A stretch of DNA of 55,117 nucleotides, filler included, from Jimgerdemannia flammicorona (Eukaryota), in assembly GCA_003990765.1 (NCBI GenBank). It is 3 parts of 3 records of this genome, joined end to end, with 100 filler letters (N's around TTAATTAATTAA, not from the genome) between each part and the next. Parts side by side here need not be neighbours in the genome. Positions count along the whole stretch, not along the records: positions 36,814 to 55,117 come from RBNJ01002244.1; 2 more parts are not named here. One strand, 5' to 3'. The notes under the pieces are model-generated. The model saw only the letters and a list, made by a program, of their open reading frames with translations, ran no database searches and was not told the origin of the DNA. A program made the translations under genes and the position numbers. Shown here one piece after another: positions 52,801 through 55,117 of this stretch. Position 1 is the first letter of the stretch; each line of letters starts with the position of its first letter.

Positions 52801-54323
52801 GGATTTCCTATAGCCGGAGAGTCTCACCATGGCATATTCATAGGCGTCGAGCAACTTCCCATCAACAATCAGTCCCATCAAGATCGGAGGTCGAAACAAC
52901 AAAAATCATTCGACTTTAGGTGGAAAGGTGAAGGAGACCTTCTCCCAAGACAATGCATATCCCCTCTTTACGGCCTTAATCGCTATCCAGCAGTCCGCAG
53001 TCGCTATATAGGAGGCGCCAATATTCCGCTTAGCGTGTTCGCACAGCTCGCTTTCTGCAAAAGCGAGGTGTTTGATGAACCGGCATTCGAAGCGGTGGTT
53101 CAATACAAATGGATCAAGTTTGCACGGTGGTATCACTGTGGTCTGCTAGCTCTCCACATCGTGTATGCCCTCATTTACTTGATCGCCGTCAGTATTTCCC
53201 CGTACGCGATCATGAAACCTGGTGTCAAAATCGCACTAATAGTGCTCACAGGAATCTTTCTGATCAACTTCCACATTCGCCCGATGTTGAAACAATGGAA
53301 TAATCTAACCTACTGGTTATCTATCCACCATTGGATTGACCGCGCTGCTTTAGTACTGGTACTAGTTAGCACGTCTCTCACCTCACCAGAATATGCCCAA
53401 TCAATTGACCTTCAAGGCTGGACAGTCCTGGCGCTCTGGTTGTTCTTTGTATTCAACTTCAGAGTTTTTCAACGGTGGGTTAAAAATTTGTATTTACATC
53501 GCTTAACTTATGGCTTTTATATTTTATTGCCTATTTGCTTTAATACTAATTATTGACTTCCGCTCTCTTTGTACCCCAGTTTAGGCCTTTTTTTCACTTT
53601 GCTGATGCAAATTATGAGGAATCTTGGCTTGCTGGCTATTCTCATGATGGTGATCATTTTCGCCTTCTCTCATTCAATGTGGATTCTCCTCCGCTATACG
53701 AAGAATCCACCTGATTCAGGAAATCCATTTAGTAATATTGATGGTTCGTTGAAGATACTATGGCAATTTTTTGGGGGTGACTTCAATGCAATTGACAACT
53801 GGAATCCTGGACGATCGACAGATATAATGAGGGTATTATTCACCTTCATCAGCACAATTGTAGTTCTAAACATGTTAAGTAAGTACAATGGTTACAAATA
53901 CTTCCTGCTGCATAACTTTCCACCATCCAATTTTTCGCTCTACTCTCCCGTTACCCACTCTATGTCTCTCAAAACCATTACTAACAATTTTCCTTACTTT
54001 TTCCTCTATTTTTGTATGGTACCCTGAATAATATCTATCCAACCACTCCAGAAAATGCCAAAAAAATGTGGATTCGGAATAGGGCTGAGTTCATCGCCAC
54101 AATAGAAGTGTTTATGATGACAGCAAAACAAAGACAGAACAAGTAAGGTTTCCAATATTCCCTATGCCTTTCAGAGTTTTTGATATTGTAACTCATCACT
54201 AGAATGTCGAATTTGCAGGAACTGGTTCCCGGATACAGTGTTTTATGAGGTGTCTCCCGACAAGTTCCAAATTGTCATCCTTGGATCAAACCGCCTGTTC
54301 CTAAAGACCCTGGTGCAGGATTA
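49807..54323 (+). pseudogene. Large WD40-like + TRP-type cation channel gene with an in-frame TAG and an apparently lost splice acceptor
   Basis: β-propeller-like N-terminus (CSPDRRYAACFS), RPEPW, FDEPAFEAVVQYKW, six hydrophobic helices, pore NPFSN…WQFFGGDF, S6 TIVVLNML, TRP-helix-like WIRNRAEFIATIE, WFPDTVFYE. TAG at 50890-50892. Start exon tentative. Confidence 0.75.
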
Positions 54324-54499
54324 ACTTTAGCAACTGCCATCGACTTAACCAATATTTAATCTGTAACGGAATTAGTATAAACATACTGTGAGAGCTACTA
54401 CAATCTAATAAATTATTATTATACATACTATATTCTTTAAATTTAAACAAATATATATTGTGACATCTACAATTGACCCTATCCAAATTCGGAGTACCC

Positions 54500-55117
54500 T
54501 GTGACCACAAGATCAGATGACATTATGGTGCGATAATTGGTGACCAGCCCAATCCGTCAAGTGATTTCACCAAAAGAAGACAAGATGACCCAAGCCAAAA
54601 TGAAGACCACGTTATTTAAGGAACCCTACTCTGCCTCAAGGATCAGCACCAAAGAACCAAGTACCCACCACACAATGCCTCCTATTCGCCGAACCAACCA
54701 GACCTCCCGCCGCTCTACCCCTTTGCCTGGCCCAAAGACCCTGATCTTTGAAGCTATCAAGAAGGCCATCTGGCGCCCAGATACTTCCAAACACTTGAAC
54801 TTCTACACTGAAGACCTTGGACACTTCATCAACTACCGGTATATAATGACCCAACAGCTCAAAGACACTACCGAATGAATGACCCTCTGGCATGACTACG
54901 AAATTGGACACCGCCTTCGCAATGAGACTCAAGAAGGTGACCAGGAAGACCTCATTGCCGAAATGTTAACCACCAGCCGGCTAATCAAGAGAGCCCTCCG
55001 TGTCCATCAAATCTTCCACCATATTCCCTGGGCTATAGCACACTTGCAAGGAGTAACAGCTGGTAGCCTCTCTCGCCTATCAACCGAAGATGCTGACTGG
55101 ATAGAATCCGAAGTAGC
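54500..55117 (+). mobile_element. Fragment of a probable retroelement (gag-like ORF plus DIRS-type RNase H tail)
   Basis: IAHLQGVTAGSLSRLSTEDADW resembles the H.PG…AD.LSR…DW end of DIRS RNase H; reading frames broken. Confidence 0.35.

Overview
Eukaryotic (fungal) genomic DNA. Short GT-AG introns, a 5S gene starting AGCUACGGCC and animal-like genes absent from yeasts (TRIM37-like, SAMHD1-like, WD40-TRP-like channel) suggest an early-diverging lineage such as Mucoromycota; this taxonomy is inference. Gene-rich, CpG-normal islands alternate with CpG-free or very AT-rich blocks of decayed transposons. Genes: PTPA/RRD2, SAMHD1-like HD protein, RPL33, TRIM37-like E3, a small 2-TM protein, 5S rRNA, RPL3, PUS7, calcipressin, the 5' half of PRP43, a PEX11 pseudogene and a damaged TRP-like channel. 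Transposons: L1/Tx1-like LINEs, a gag-protease Gypsy-like element, a chromovirus integrase, Copia elements, a Ngaro/DIRS element and a hAT-like end. Two gaps contain an artificial TTAATTAATTAA linker, so adjacency across them is uncertain. The strongest unexpected signal is RIP-like mutation of repeats: the two LTRs of one Copia element differ at 20 of 138 sites, all transitions, 16 of them CpA/TpG versus TpA.
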